A DNA stretch of 63,101 nucleotides from Neovahlkampfia damariscottae (taxonomy: Eukaryota), in assembly GCA_016618085.1 (NCBI GenBank), contig JABLTG010000123.1, positions 1-63,101 on the forward strand, given 5' to 3'. The translations under genes and the position numbers were made by a program. Below the pieces are notes generated by a model. It made no database searches and was not told the origin of the DNA. It was given only the letters and a program-made list of their open reading frames with translations. Below, one piece after another: positions 45,390-57,805 of this stretch; positions within the stretch are counted from its first letter, which is position 1, and each line of letters starts with the position of its first letter.

Positions 45390-47387
45390 TTGGTTGTTCA
45401 AATGGAGGTTTTTCAACATAAACAAGTGTGGATGGACGGAGTCATGATGAAACAACTTTATGAAATGTATCCTGATATTGAAGACATGGAATTAAGTTCA
45501 AACTTTGTTTCTCTTGAACCATCAGCCATTACAGAATTACAAAAATTTACAAACATAAAAAACTTGGATTTAAGACCCATTATTTGTCGAACAACCGATC
45601 AAATAATGAAAAAAATTATCAAAAACAATCCAAAATTAGAAAAATTTCAAACAAGAATATTTGGTTCAAAAACATTTAATTCTCTTCTTGAATCAAAAAA
45701 TTTGAAACATATTTCCATCCGAGGTAGATATCCTTTTTCTTGAATTAACAAGCCAGAATTTAAAAAAATTGAAAAAGAAACAATTTTGATGATTGGAAAC
45801 TTGGTTGAAAGACATCCTGCACTTGAATATTTTGAGTTTGTTGAAATGAATGGAAATATTGAATTGGAGACACTATTTGAAGGATTATCAAATAATAAAA
45901 CCATCAAAGATCTCAGAATTACATCATCAACTTCTAATATTAGAGTTTTAAAAGCAAACAAATTCTTTAATTTTCTTCACCACGGTCTGGTGCATTTGGA
46001 AATTATTGGTCCATTATTTCACAAAGATGTGATGGAAATAGGGTCAAAATTAATGGAATCAAATACATCAATTGAATATTTAGACTGGAAAGACATGAAT
46101 TATTCATTTTTGAAAACAAACACAACACTACAAACAATTGTAGTTCGAAGTAACATAATTTTTGATTAAATGTATTTAAAGAGGATATTGATTCTTTTTC
46201 TAAATCAATGATGTTCAATAACAACCTTTCAAAAGTGACATTGATCAATCTAAATTTGAATGTTTCGGATTTTATTGAAATGATGATTCTTAACAAATCA
46301 ATTACTGAATTAAATATTCAAAGTGAGTTTCCCTCCATTTTTAATCACAATAGGGTGTTCAACTAAAAGAAGTTTGGTTGAAATTTTTTCTCAAAATAGA
46401 ACTGTGAAAAAATTGTCAATAACTGACCAAACTACTGGAAATTACATTGAAATAATCAAGTCAATGGAAAATAATGAGAGTATATCCCATTTGGATATTG
46501 AATGTAAGATCAAATTTCTTTCATCATTCAAACAGTTCCACATGTACAATCTGACATGAATAAACTCAGAAATATGAAATTACCTCCTAATTTAGTATCC
46601 TTCAAAGGTAACAGTGGAAGTTATAACGGAAATTTGGATCATTCGACTAAAGTGTGCACCTTTTGGAAGAGTTTGTTTGATTCTGTTACATTACAAGAAT
46701 TTTCATTTTCAGGAAAAATGTTGAGTGAAGAAGATTTCAATTATCTATCAGAAAGATTGAAAAATCAATCAAACTTGACAAGTATCGAATTAGGAAATGT
46801 CGTATTGCCATCAAAATTCTATGAAGACATAAAATGGAATTCAACATTAAAAAAATTGAACTTTTCAAGTAATTCCTGAATTTTATTAATCTCATCTGTT
46901 GAAGGTGTTAATTTGTCCTTGGAGAATTTTCAATATCTCTTTGAATCATTAAAAGATCACTTGAAAATTGAAGATTTAAGAATTCGAAGTATGTAATTTT
47001 TTATTGATTTTAATTACCAAAATAGTTGATCAAAAACCCATTTCTTTCGTTTTTGAAATATGTAATTTTCTTCGAACAAATAAGACCATCAAGAATTTGG
47101 ATATCAATTGGGCCATTTCAGTATTCAAGTATAAAATTGTTGGAGATTTAAGATCCAAGATATTTTCTGCTTTGGAAGCAAATACGTCACTTGTAAATTT
47201 TTCAATTGAAGCAGCTCCATATATTAATTTCCATCCAAAACTCTTTTTTTTGTTAAAAAGAAATCAAGAAAATCTAAAACGAAATCAAGTTGGTGAAAAA
47301 ATATTGAAAATCACAACTTATGACATGTGTTTTCACTTCAATGATGAGTCTGATTGGAATGATGTATTTTCTGAATTGTTGATCTAA
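45390..47387 (+). CDS. RNI-like leucine-rich repeat protein, multi-exon (start uncertain)
   Basis: Repeated NxTIKxLxI / NTSLxxL units across six ORFs separated by short introns. Confidence 0.65.
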
Positions 47388-47528
47388 TCCCACATTAGTT
47401 GAAAATTTAAATGCTTCATGAAAACTCAATAAATACAATTTTTTTCAACAGAAATCATTACCCCATCCCGAAATTATTGTCTACAAAATCTTAAAAAATA
47501 ATATCTTTTTTGTCCAATCAATTGTTCA

Positions 47529-48446
47529 ATGGAACCACAACACACTAAAAAATTCAACCAGAAAATAAAAAAATTAATAAATATAGAAAATCATATTGGA
47601 GTTTTTTTTGACAAATCTTTTCAAATTTGGAATTGTGAAACAGATGAATTAATTTTTGAAAAAAAACAAAAAGTTCTGGATGCAATTTATTTAAAAAATG
47701 GCAATGTCCTCATTCAAGATTATAGAACGTTAAAGATCTTCAATTATTGGAAAAACACAGAGACCAGTAGAAAAGGAGGAAATAAAATAATCTCAAAAAC
47801 AAAAAACCAAAAAAATTTGTTGGTCCATGATTTTTCATCATCAACTTTATTTATTTATGATACAAATTGGAAAATATTAAAAGAAGTTGATTACACCGGA
47901 ACTGATCAAGATTTTATTTACACAGATCTTGTTTGTCAAATTTCTGAATCAAAATTTTTGGTAGACATTAATAGATCAACTTTCAAGATATTTGATGAAA
48001 ACATGAATGTTTTGAAACTATTGAAACACTCAGTTGCTCCAAAAACATATTTTGAAAATATAGATGAAAATGAAATTGCGATTGTTCTCCCAGGAATTGG
48101 ATTTTATTTATTATTAGATGACGACTTTCATTGGTTTCCTTTTTTTGGTGTGAATTTCATTGAAAAGTTGAAGAACGAAAATCATCTTTATTTGATTGTC
48201 TCATTGAACAAAATTGAAGTTTGGGATTTATCAGTTAAAAATGGAAAATGTTTGAATTCAATGAAGACATTTATCTTTGATAGAATGGTTTCACTTCCAA
48301 ACAGGAATATTGTTGGGTTTTGTGATGAAGAATTATGGATTTTGGAATCTTCTCATTTCATCAATTCAACTTGTTTTTCTTATCATTTTCCGATGAATAA
48401 CTTGATGAAATATAAGTGTGTGGACTTGAATTACACATTTCAATAA
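47529..48446 (+). CDS. Beta-propeller (WD40-like) protein
   Basis: FQIWN, LKIFN, FKIFD, IEVWD strand motifs. Confidence 0.5.
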   Translation: MEPQHTKKFNQKIKKLINIENHIGVFFDKSFQIWNCETDELIFEKKQKVLDAIYLKNGNVLIQDYRTLKIFNYWKNTETSRKGGNKIISKTKNQKNLLVHDFSSSTLFIYDTNWKILKEVDYTGTDQDFIYTDLVCQISESKFLVDINRSTFKIFDENMNVLKLLKHSVAPKTYFENIDENEIAIVLPGIGFYLLLDDDFHWFPFFGVNFIEKLKNENHLYLIVSLNKIEVWDLSVKNGKCLNSMKTFIFDRMVSLPNRNIVGFCDEELWILESSHFINSTCFSYHFPMNNLMKYKCVDLNYTFQ

Positions 48447-48492
48447 GATTGATTGGCGGAAATTTATCATTGGTCGGAATTTTGTTTGAGTG

Positions 48493-49107
48493 ATGAATAC
48501 AGCAACTTTTTCAATGGGATGATTTTGGTTTCCAGAAACTGAATTTGGAGCAATGAAAGGTATTTTAAGAACAAGAGTAGGATACTGTGGAGGTGATTAT
48601 TCAAATCCCACATACTATGACATTGGTGATCACTCCGAAACAATTCAAATAGATTTTGATCCAAACATAATTTCTTACAAAGATTTACTTCAAGTTTTTT
48701 GGACTTCACATTCACCAAGTTACTTTGAATCTGATAAACAATACATGTCAGCAATTTGGTACCATGATGAAGAACAAAAAATATTAGCTCTCAAAACAGC
48801 TTCTGAACAACCAGATAAAGTATACACAGTCATAGAACCATTTAAATTTTGGACAAACGCTGAATATTATCATCAAAAATACTTGCTTCAGATGAAACCA
48901 GGAATTATGGAAATGTTCTCGGAATCTTCTCAAGAAGAGTTTATAAATTCAGAACTTGCTGCTAAATTAAATGGCTTTGTTAATGGTCATCTCAATTTAC
49001 AGTCCATTAAAGAATTTTTAAAACATTCAAAAGATTTGAAAAAAGTACTCGAAATTCTGGGAGAAGATTCATCAGAAACGTCAATCTATTGTTCAAGAAA
49101 GAAATAG
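48493..49107 (+). CDS. msrA: Selenocysteine-containing peptide methionine sulfoxide reductase A
   Basis: MNTATFSMG-TGA(48520)-FW in place of GCFW, in frame with TRVGYCGG..HSETIQIDFDP..AEYYHQKY. Confidence 0.9.
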
Positions 49108-49131
49108 AAATGATTTTTTTTTTTTCAGTTA

Positions 49132-49199
49132 AAGTTTGTAATGAAATTTTTTTTGAAAACGACAGAAAAAGTCAACAAAAAAAAATGAAACCAAAACTT
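49132..49199 (+). promoter_or_regulatory. SECIS element (form II-like) in the msrA 3' UTR
   Basis: ATGA(49141), 11 nt, AAAA, GAC/GTC mini-stem, TGA(49186). Helix T8G/CA8. Outer helix AAGTTT/AAACTT. Confidence 0.75.
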
Positions 49200-49244
49200 C
49201 GAAAAATAAATTACTTTCATTTCTTCAATAGTTTTTTTTTGATT

Positions 49245-50020
49245 TCACACAATTCTGCAAATTGTCATTCCATCAGAAATTGGAAGCATTACAATTTCAA
49301 CTCTTTTGTCTTTTAATAATTTCTCATTAAATTCTCTTATATAAGGTGTTATTTTATCATTATCATTTTCATCCCAAACTCTTCCAAAAAACAAAACATT
49401 ATCAATACAAATTAGACCTCCTTTTCTAACTAATTTCAAACAAAGTTCAAAGTACAATTCATGTCTCTTTTTATCAGCACTTTTTCAATAAAAAATTAAT
49501 AAAGATGAATAAGAATACTCAATGAAGGCACAGTCAAATGTTCCAATTTCCTTTTCATCGTTAGATAGTTTTTCAAGTGTTTCCAAAGCATCTCCAAGGA
49601 TTAATTGAATTTTGTCTTCAATTTTTGCTTTTTTCCAAAATGGTCTATTATTTAGTATTTTATTTTCTCATTTACATTCCAATTTCCACAAATTCTTTTT
49701 TTCTTTCAACAGCATAGACTTCTCCATCTTTAGGTAGACTTTGAGCCATAATTAAAGAACTATAACCAGTGAAAACACCTATATCTAATGTCTTTTTACA
49801 ATTTGTTAATTTTATTAACCACTTTAAAATTTCTGCTGACTCTAAATCACCTAATACAGTTTTTAATTTTTGATGAAAATTTCACACTTATCATTTGAGC
49901 ACATTTATGTTTTTTTGTTTCTTCTCGAAGTAGTTTTGCTTCTGTTGATTCATTTGAAGAGATTAAACTCAGAATATAATTCAAAGCGTCTTTATCTACA
50001 AAGCCTTTTCCTGTCGGCAT
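49245..50020 (-). CDS. Caffeoyl-CoA/catechol-type O-methyltransferase, multi-exon
   Basis: LDIGVFTGYSSL, GDALETL, FDCAFI/DADK, GGLICIDNVLFFGRV, MLPISDGMT. Confidence 0.88.
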
Positions 50021-50168
50021 TTTTCAATTGGTCAATTGTTTCAAAATGGAAGAAGGATTGAAAAAAATCATTCAACACTAGTAATAATGATCACTTTGTT
50101 CCCAAATTTCAAGTTCTTTTTTTTTATTTCGGAATCAACCGCCAATCAAATTCAGTAGTTAAAAAGTG

Positions 50169-52071
50169 ATGAGTTTTGACGAGGAGAAAGCATCAAACAA
50201 ATACAATAGTTTAGGATTTATAGATCCAATAGAAGAAGAATCAAATGAGAGAATATCATCAAAATGGAAACTTTTTTTTGCCATAATTTTCACCAGCATT
50301 GTTTTAGTTTTACTTTTGGCATCCTTGTCAACAATTATTGTTCTTGATGCAACATTAGGAATATATCATTCAAAGCATAGTGCAGGAGATTATTGTAAAG
50401 TTGGTTGTGAACCACATAGATATCAACATGGAGCTGTGGCCACAGACAATTCTCAATGTTCTGTTGTTGGTGCAGATATTTTAAAACAAAACGGAAATGC
50501 TATTGATGCTGTTATAGCAACTACTTTTTGTCAAGGTGTCACTTCACCTGTTTCAAGTGGTATTGGTGGAGGAGGAGTTTTACTTTTTTATAATGCCACA
50601 TCAAAAGATGCAATAGAGTATGATTTTAGAGAAAAAGCGCCTCTTAATGCAACAGAAAATATGTATAAAGATGATTATATGAAGGCACAAAGAGGAATTC
50701 GAGCAATAGCTGTTCCAGGAGAATTAAAAGGTATAACAAAATAATTTTTAAAAATTTCACACAGGAATGTATGATGCATGGAAGAAACATGGATCACTTC
50801 CATGGGCTAATTTAGTACAACCATCAATAAAAATGGCAAGAGAAGGTCATTTAATTTCAAAACATTTATCTGACAGTTTGCAAAGACATAAAAATGAATT
50901 CTTCAAATATACAACTGAAGAAGAATCAGATATCAAAAAAATGTTTGCACCTACTGGAGAATGGTACAAAGAAGGAGATTTAGCAAAATATCCAAAACTT
51001 GCAGATACCTTAGAAAAAATTTCTCAAGACCCAAATTCATTTTATTTTGGTGAAATTAGAGACAAATTGATAAAAGATATTCAAGGAGCAGGAGGTATAA
51101 TCATGAAAGAAGACTTTGAAAAATATGAACCAAAAATCTTAAAACCTTTGACAGATTATTGGCAAGGACATAAAATCTTCACTGCAAACCCACAATATTC
51201 CGGAGCTTGTGCATTCATGGGTCTGAATATTCTTGAAGGATTCAATTTACCAAAAGAAGGATTTTCATTTCAATCATTACATAAAATGGTAGAAGCGATG
51301 AAATTCTATTTTGCTTATCGTGTTGGTTTGGCGGATCCTGATTATGAAAATATCGAAGAATATATGAAATTATTTCTTTCTAAAGATCATGCAGCTGAAG
51401 TGAGAACTAAAATCAACTTGAAAAAGACCATGAAACCTGATTATTACGTACCTCCTCACAGAGAACCATTTTACCTTCCTGAAGATCATGGAACAACTCA
51501 TGTTTCAGTTGTTGATAAACATGGAAATGGAGCCGCGTTAACAAGTACAGTCAATTTAGAATTCGGTTCTTATGTGGTTTCAAAATCAACAGGAATTGTG
51601 TTGAATGATGAAATGGATGATTTTTCAATTCCAAATAAAACAAATGCATTTGGTGTTCCTCCTTCACCTGAGAATTTCATCAAACCTGAAAAAAGACCAG
51701 TTTCAAGTATGAATCCAATGATAGTTTTGACAGACAATAAATTAAGTGCTGTGCTCGGAGCAAGTGGTGGGACGAGAATTATTTCATCCACTTATCAAGT
51801 TTTTTTGAATTTATTTGCATTTGGAATGAATGTTGGACAAGCTGTAAATTCTCCAAGATTACATCATCAATGGTATCCAAATAAATTAAGAATTGAAGCT
51901 GGATATCCATTTGTAAATGAATTTCGTTCTTATGGACATGAAATTGAAGAATTGAGTCAAGATGGATCTGGTGGACTTTTAGGTGTTTCACAAGCAATTC
52001 ATGTATTGCCTGATGGAACAGTTGAAGCTTCTTCTGATCATAGAAAAGGTGGAGCTCCAGATGGTCATTAA
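50169..52071 (+). CDS. GGT: Gamma-glutamyltranspeptidase, copy 1 (N-terminal TM, one intron)
   Basis: GNAIDA, SSGIGGGG, DFRE, AVPGE, HGTTH, LNDEMDDF, RPVSSM, GASGG. Confidence 0.95.
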
Positions 52072-52138
52072 ATTATTATGTCTTTCATTATTCGCTGATT
52101 TTTTTTCCTCCAATCATTTTCTTTGTGGTTTGTGACCT

Positions 52139-53994
52139 ATGGAGAGGAAGTACACCAATTTAGATCCAATATATGAAACTTCTACAAAATATTCACCAAG
52201 ATGGAAACTTCTGTTTGCTATAATTTTCACATTTGGACTTTTTTTGTTGGTCATATTTTCTGTAACAACAGTTATACTTCTTGACACAAATTTTGGTTTA
52301 TTTAGTCCATCAAACACTGTAAAAAACTTTTGTAAAACACAATGCCAACCGAAAAAATTTAAAAATGGAGCAGTGGCAGCTGACACTTCAGAATGTTCAA
52401 AAGTTGGTGCTGAAATTTTGAAAAACAATGGAAATGCTGTTGATGCGATAATAGCTACTACATTTTGTCAAGGAGTTGTTTCAGCTTCTTCAAGTGGAAT
52501 TGGTGGAGGTGGAATACTTCTTGTGTATAATGATACCACAAAAGAAGCTTTTGAATATGATTTTAGAGATAAAGCACCTTTAAAATCACATAAAAACATG
52601 TTTAATGACAATTATATGAAAGCACAAAGAGGAATTTATGCAATAGCTGTTCCAGGAGAATTAAAAGGTAAAACAAGAAAAAAATTTTTTAAAAATGTCA
52701 CACAGGAATGTATGATGCATGGAAGAAACATGGATCACTTCCATGGGCTATTTTAGTACAACCATCAATAAATCTAGCACGAAATGGTCATTCGCTTTCA
52801 AAATATACAGCAGGAGCCATTCAATCACATAAAGAACGTTTTTTTAAATATACCAACAGTTCAGTATCAGATATCAAAGAAATGTTTGCTCCAGGTGGAA
52901 TTTGGTATAAAGAAGGAGATTTAGCAAAATATCCAAAACTTGCAGATACCTTAGAAAAAATTTCTCAAGACCCAAATTCATTTTATTTTGGTGAAATTAG
53001 AGACAATTTAGTGAAAGATATTCAAGCTGGTGGTGGTATAATAACTAAAGAAGATTTTGAAAAATATGAAACTAGAATCAGAACTCCATTATCCAATCAT
53101 TGGCATGGACACAAAATTTTAACTTCGAATCCTCAATTCTCCGGAGCTTGTTCAATTCTTGGATTGAATATTTTGGAAGGATACAATATCCCAAAAGAAG
53201 GATTTACTTTCAAATCTATTCACAAAATTGTTGAGTCAATGAAATTCTACTTTGCGTATCGGGTTGGATTGGCTGACCCAAAACATGAAGATATTGAAGA
53301 ATACATGAAATTATTTCTTTCTAAAGATCATGCAACAGATATAAGGAACAAAATATCTCCGAAGAAAACAATGGAACCTGAATACTATGCTCCACCACAT
53401 AGAAAACCAACGTATCTTGATAATGATCATGGCACAACTCATGTATCAGTTGTTGATAAACAAGGAAATGGTGCTGCTTTAACGACCACTGTAAATTTAG
53501 TATTTGGATCTTATATTGTTTCAAAATCAACAGGTATCATTCTTAATGATGAAATGGATGATTTTTCAATTCCAAATAAAACAAATGCATTTGGTGTTCC
53601 TCCTTCACCTGAGAATTTCATCAAACCTGAAAAACGATCAGTTTCAAGCATGACACCGTTGATAGTGCTGACGGACAATAAACTGAATGCTGTTATTGGA
53701 GCAAGTGGAGGCACTAAAATCATCTCTGCCACATTTCAAGTTTTGCTGAACATTTTGGCTTTCAGAATGAATATTGGTCAAGCAGTAAATTCACCTAGAA
53801 TCCATCATCAATGGTATCCAAATAAATTGTTGATTGAAGAAGGATATCCATTTATTGGAGAATTTCAAAAATTTGGACATAAAATTGCTTCTGGCAATCA
53901 TTTAGGGACGACTCAAGCAGTGCAAATTTTAAAAGATGGATCAGTTGAAGCAATATCAGATTATAGAAAAGGAGGTTCTTCTGATGGTCATTGA
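52139..53994 (+). CDS. GGT: Gamma-glutamyltranspeptidase, copy 2 (tandem paralog)
   Basis: Same motifs and intron position as copy 1. Confidence 0.95.
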
Positions 53995-54066
53995 TGAATC
54001 GAACGAGTGAATAAAACAGTTTTGTATTGGAAACTTATTTTATTGGCCAACAATTACATCCAATCA

Positions 54067-54926
54067 ATGATGTTTTCCAAACTATTAGTTTTGTCAACAC
54101 ATCTTTTATTATTTCTAATCTGTGGTTTGTACTTGTATTTCTACTGTGCTGACAAGTCAATAGTTAACAAGCTATTTTCAAAAACAACAGTAGACGTTGG
54201 ACAAGTGATTTCAAAATGTCTTCCAATACTCTTTTTCATTGGAATTGTTTTAAAAAAATATAATTTAACAATTTATAGTCAACAAGTAGAATGAAACCAA
54301 AAAGATATTATCCAACTTTTCTGATGATTTTTGCTTTCACATTTTGTGGTTTCGGAGATTATTTTTTGGCGATTAACTCAAAAAAACATGGTGATTTATT
54401 TTTCATGATTGGATTATTAGGATTTTTAGTTGCACAACTTACTTTCACATATATGTTTAAATTCAAAAAAGGAAGGTATAATGAATCAGCTGCAATATTT
54501 AACATTTTTTATCTCCTTCCATTTTTGATGTATGCCATAATCTTGTGTATTGCTTTGCAAATTTGGACTTTAAATATTGTTTTAATTGTTGCTGTTCCAT
54601 TTTATGCTTTGGCAATTTGTTCAATGGCAACCAGTGCAACAACAAGTTTTTTTGCAAATAATTTCACTATTTTGTCATTTTTGAGGTTATTTGGATCAAT
54701 AAGTTTCGTGGCATCAGATTCAATTCTTGCTATTGGTGCTTTTACAAATTATTATAAATTGCTTCATATTCCATCAAATATTGTTTCAGTTGCAATTATG
54801 CTCACTTATTGGACCGCCTTGTATTCATTTGCAGTTTCATTTGAAGAAATTTATCAAGATGAAAATATTTCAACAGAGGATATCAAACAAAACATACAAG
54901 AATCAAGTAAGAAAAATGATGATTAA
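54067..54926 (+). CDS. YhhN/TMEM86 lysoplasmalogenase-like membrane protein
   Basis: SKCLPI, GFGDYFL, GLLGFLVAQ, FVASDSILA, IMLTYW. One intron. Confidence 0.8.
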
Positions 54927-55318
54927 TTTCATTGAAAAGATTCTGAAAGTAATATTGATGAAATCGAATCTGATATAGTGTATTCAGAAATATGAGATTT
55001 ATATTCACCCACACATATTCTAATTTTTATTTTTATTTTTTTGTTTTTTGATCTTGAAGTAAAATGCATCAACTTGTCTTTGATGTACCATTCTGATTAC
55101 GGATAACCATTTAAAAGTAATTTGAAACCATTCAAGAAATTATTGCCTTTATATTTGCTTGTAGATGTGAGATAGAACAAGTTGGTTTTGAAATCATTTT
55201 TTTCAAAAACACGATGACAAAATCAAAATTTCCCTTCATTGCTTACCAATGGAAACTTGGACTGAAATCTCAATAGCCAAAAATTTTTTGATTTTTTTTT
55301 CATTGGTGGAAACTGGTG

Positions 55319-56483
55319 ATGGGAAATTCTCACAAGAAACAAACTATTAATCATCCTGTTATTTTAGAAAAACAAACTAAAGTGATATTTCTTGGAACTG
55401 GAGGAAGTGGAAAGGTTTGGCAATTAAAATTAACTTTTAAAAGAGAACTCTTTTTAAAAACATCACAAAGGAACCAATTGACCATGAAAATTCTATAATA
55501 GGCAGAAACATCTTAAAAAATATTGCTTTTGTTTCAGCTATCATCCAAAAAAAACTTCAACAAGAAAACAAAAAATGTCTTGAGTATTTTGTTTATTTTT
55601 TAACATCACAGTTTATCAACTTATTTTCAGTTGGATTTAGATCTATACAATCAAAGTGATGATTTTGATGAAACTAAATTCACACTTGAAGCAAGGGAAA
55701 AAATTTATGAATTTTGGAAAACTGAACAAGTGCAATCAGCATTTCATCAAATTTTTTGGCATCAAAAAAATAATCAAATTCCAGAAGGATTTCCTCAGTA
55801 AGACTAATAATTTTTGATTGATTTCAAAAAGTCTCTTGAAATACTTAGATAGATATCTATTGAAAGAAGAAATAGAATTTGATTTTGAAGAAAGTTTACA
55901 TGTAAAAACGCAGAATAGAACAGTTCTTGAACGTGAAAAACATGGGATTATTTGGTGTACTGCAGGTGGAGTTCGATCACAACGGAGGAAATGGATACAT
56001 ATTTTTGACGGTGTCACAGTGACCTGTTATCTCATTAATTTATCTGGATATCGAAAAAATCTCGTTGAAGATGAAACAACAAGTCGTTTTGATGAAGAAT
56101 TTTCTTTGTTTGAAGAAATATTAAATGTAGCATATTTGAAAGGTCCGATATTTTTAATTTTTACAATGGTTGATTTATTTGAAGAATCTTTATCTGAAAT
56201 CAATTTCAATGATTATTTTGAAGAATTCAACAACCAAAAATCACCCAAAGAGTTCATTGTTGATAAATTTAGAAAAATTATTTCTGAAGCAAAATGTGAT
56301 GACAGAGTTATCATTTTTGAAATGATCACTTTTGATGATGATAGAACTGATTTTTTATTGAATCTTTTAATGATGAAATCAAAGGGAGAAACGATTGATT
56401 CATATTATCCTTTTGTCTTGACTAAAAACAAACCTCAAATATCTTCAAAATTATTTGATATGAGTTTTAGATTTACAAAATAA
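55319..56483 (+). CDS. Divergent heterotrimeric G-protein alpha-like subunit, multi-exon
   Basis: MGN start, FLGTGGSGK, GGVRSQRRKWIHIFDGVT, LVEDETTSRFDE. G3 and G4 motifs are altered. Confidence 0.75.
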
Positions 56484-56578
56484 AAATTATTAGGTTTTAA
56501 ATTTGGTCCAAAAGAATCGGAAATATCAGATTTATTTTAGTATCTTGATGATTGGTTAACTATCAACAACGAATCAAA

Positions 56579-57301
56579 ATGAGTTTACAAAATCAATTAG
56601 TTTTTGTTGCAGGTGGGAGTGGTACTGTTGGTTCAGGAGTAACCAGAGCATTACTAAACCAAGGAGCTACTGTTGTTGTACCATCAAGATCAACAGAATC
56701 ACTCCAAACATTAAAAGAAAAATACATAAGAAAAGAAGATGCAGAAAGACTATTCACCATCCAAGCAGATATTGGAAATGAAAAAGATATTTTAAAAGTC
56801 AAAGAATATGTCTTAAAAATAGCTTCAGAAAACAAAGTTGATTTTAAACATGTTGTATCTTCAGTAGGACATTGGATTCAACAATCAGTGAGCAAAGTTG
56901 AATTATCAGAATTCAATGAAGCAATCCATACCTTGGTAGGAGCTCATTTTCTTGTTTTTAAAACTTTTTTTCCACTTCTTCAAAATGTTGAAAACAGTTC
57001 GTATACTTTTGTCACAGGTGGAACTGCTGAAAAAGTGTTTGATGTTAAAGCATCAATAATGTCAGTTGGAGCATCTGCTTTGAGAGGTTTAGTAGTAGCA
57101 GCGAAAGCAGAAGGATCTAAATCACCTATTAGAGTGAATGAATTCTATCTTTGGTTGATGGTGGTTCCATTTGATAAAGTTGAAAAGAAATTTCAAAATT
57201 CACATTTTGATATCGGAACTGATTTGGTGAATAGATTTATATTGAGTGAAGAACGTGAATCAACTCACAAAATAGATAATAAAGAAATGTTAAAAAAATA
57301 A
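56579..57301 (+). CDS. Atypical short-chain dehydrogenase/reductase
   Basis: VAGGSGTVGSG Rossmann motif, QADI, PIRVNE. No YxxxK motif. Confidence 0.8.
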   Translation: MSLQNQLVFVAGGSGTVGSGVTRALLNQGATVVVPSRSTESLQTLKEKYIRKEDAERLFTIQADIGNEKDILKVKEYVLKIASENKVDFKHVVSSVGHWIQQSVSKVELSEFNEAIHTLVGAHFLVFKTFFPLLQNVENSSYTFVTGGTAEKVFDVKASIMSVGASALRGLVVAAKAEGSKSPIRVNEFYLWLMVVPFDKVEKKFQNSHFDIGTDLVNRFILSEERESTHKIDNKEMLKK

Positions 57302-57461
57302 ATGTTATTTTGGAGGAAAAAAACTGTGTTGAATGATTGAATGGCAAATTTGGATCAAAAAAATGACACCTGGTTTCTGGTACAACTAAATTTCAATTTT
57401 TGAACTTAAATTGATTTCTAAGATAAGCCACATTATCATTTCTTTGTTTAAAAATGAAAAA

Positions 57462-57580
57462 AGCTTACAACACTCCCGGTTCCCAGGTGGTCTCCCACCC
57501 TAGTACTAGGAGAGCCTGTAGGAGTTTAACTTCGCAAATCGGACGGGATGCGGTGTATTCTCCTAAGTATGGCCGTAAGC
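57462..57580 (-). rRNA. 5S rRNA, single copy
   Basis: GCTTACGGCCATAC...CCCGTCCGAT...GAAGTTAA...AGTACTAGGGTGGGAGACCACCTGGGAA...GTTGTAAGC followed by a T-run Pol III terminator; ~119 nt. Confidence 0.95.
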
Positions 57581-57805
57581 GAAGATACTACTCTCTAAAA
57601 TGAACTAACTTTTACTTCAAATGCTCCATTTAATTCAAGAGTGGTTACTCCTTGATCTGAACATGATGTAGTAACTGTTAAAGATCCAAGGATAAAACTC
57701 AATAAGACTACAAGAAGCAATGTCTTCATTTTTTGTTTTTTTCTGACCAATTAATGAAGTTGACTCTAAATGAAACAACTTTTACTTCCAACAAACAGTC
57801 AAACA

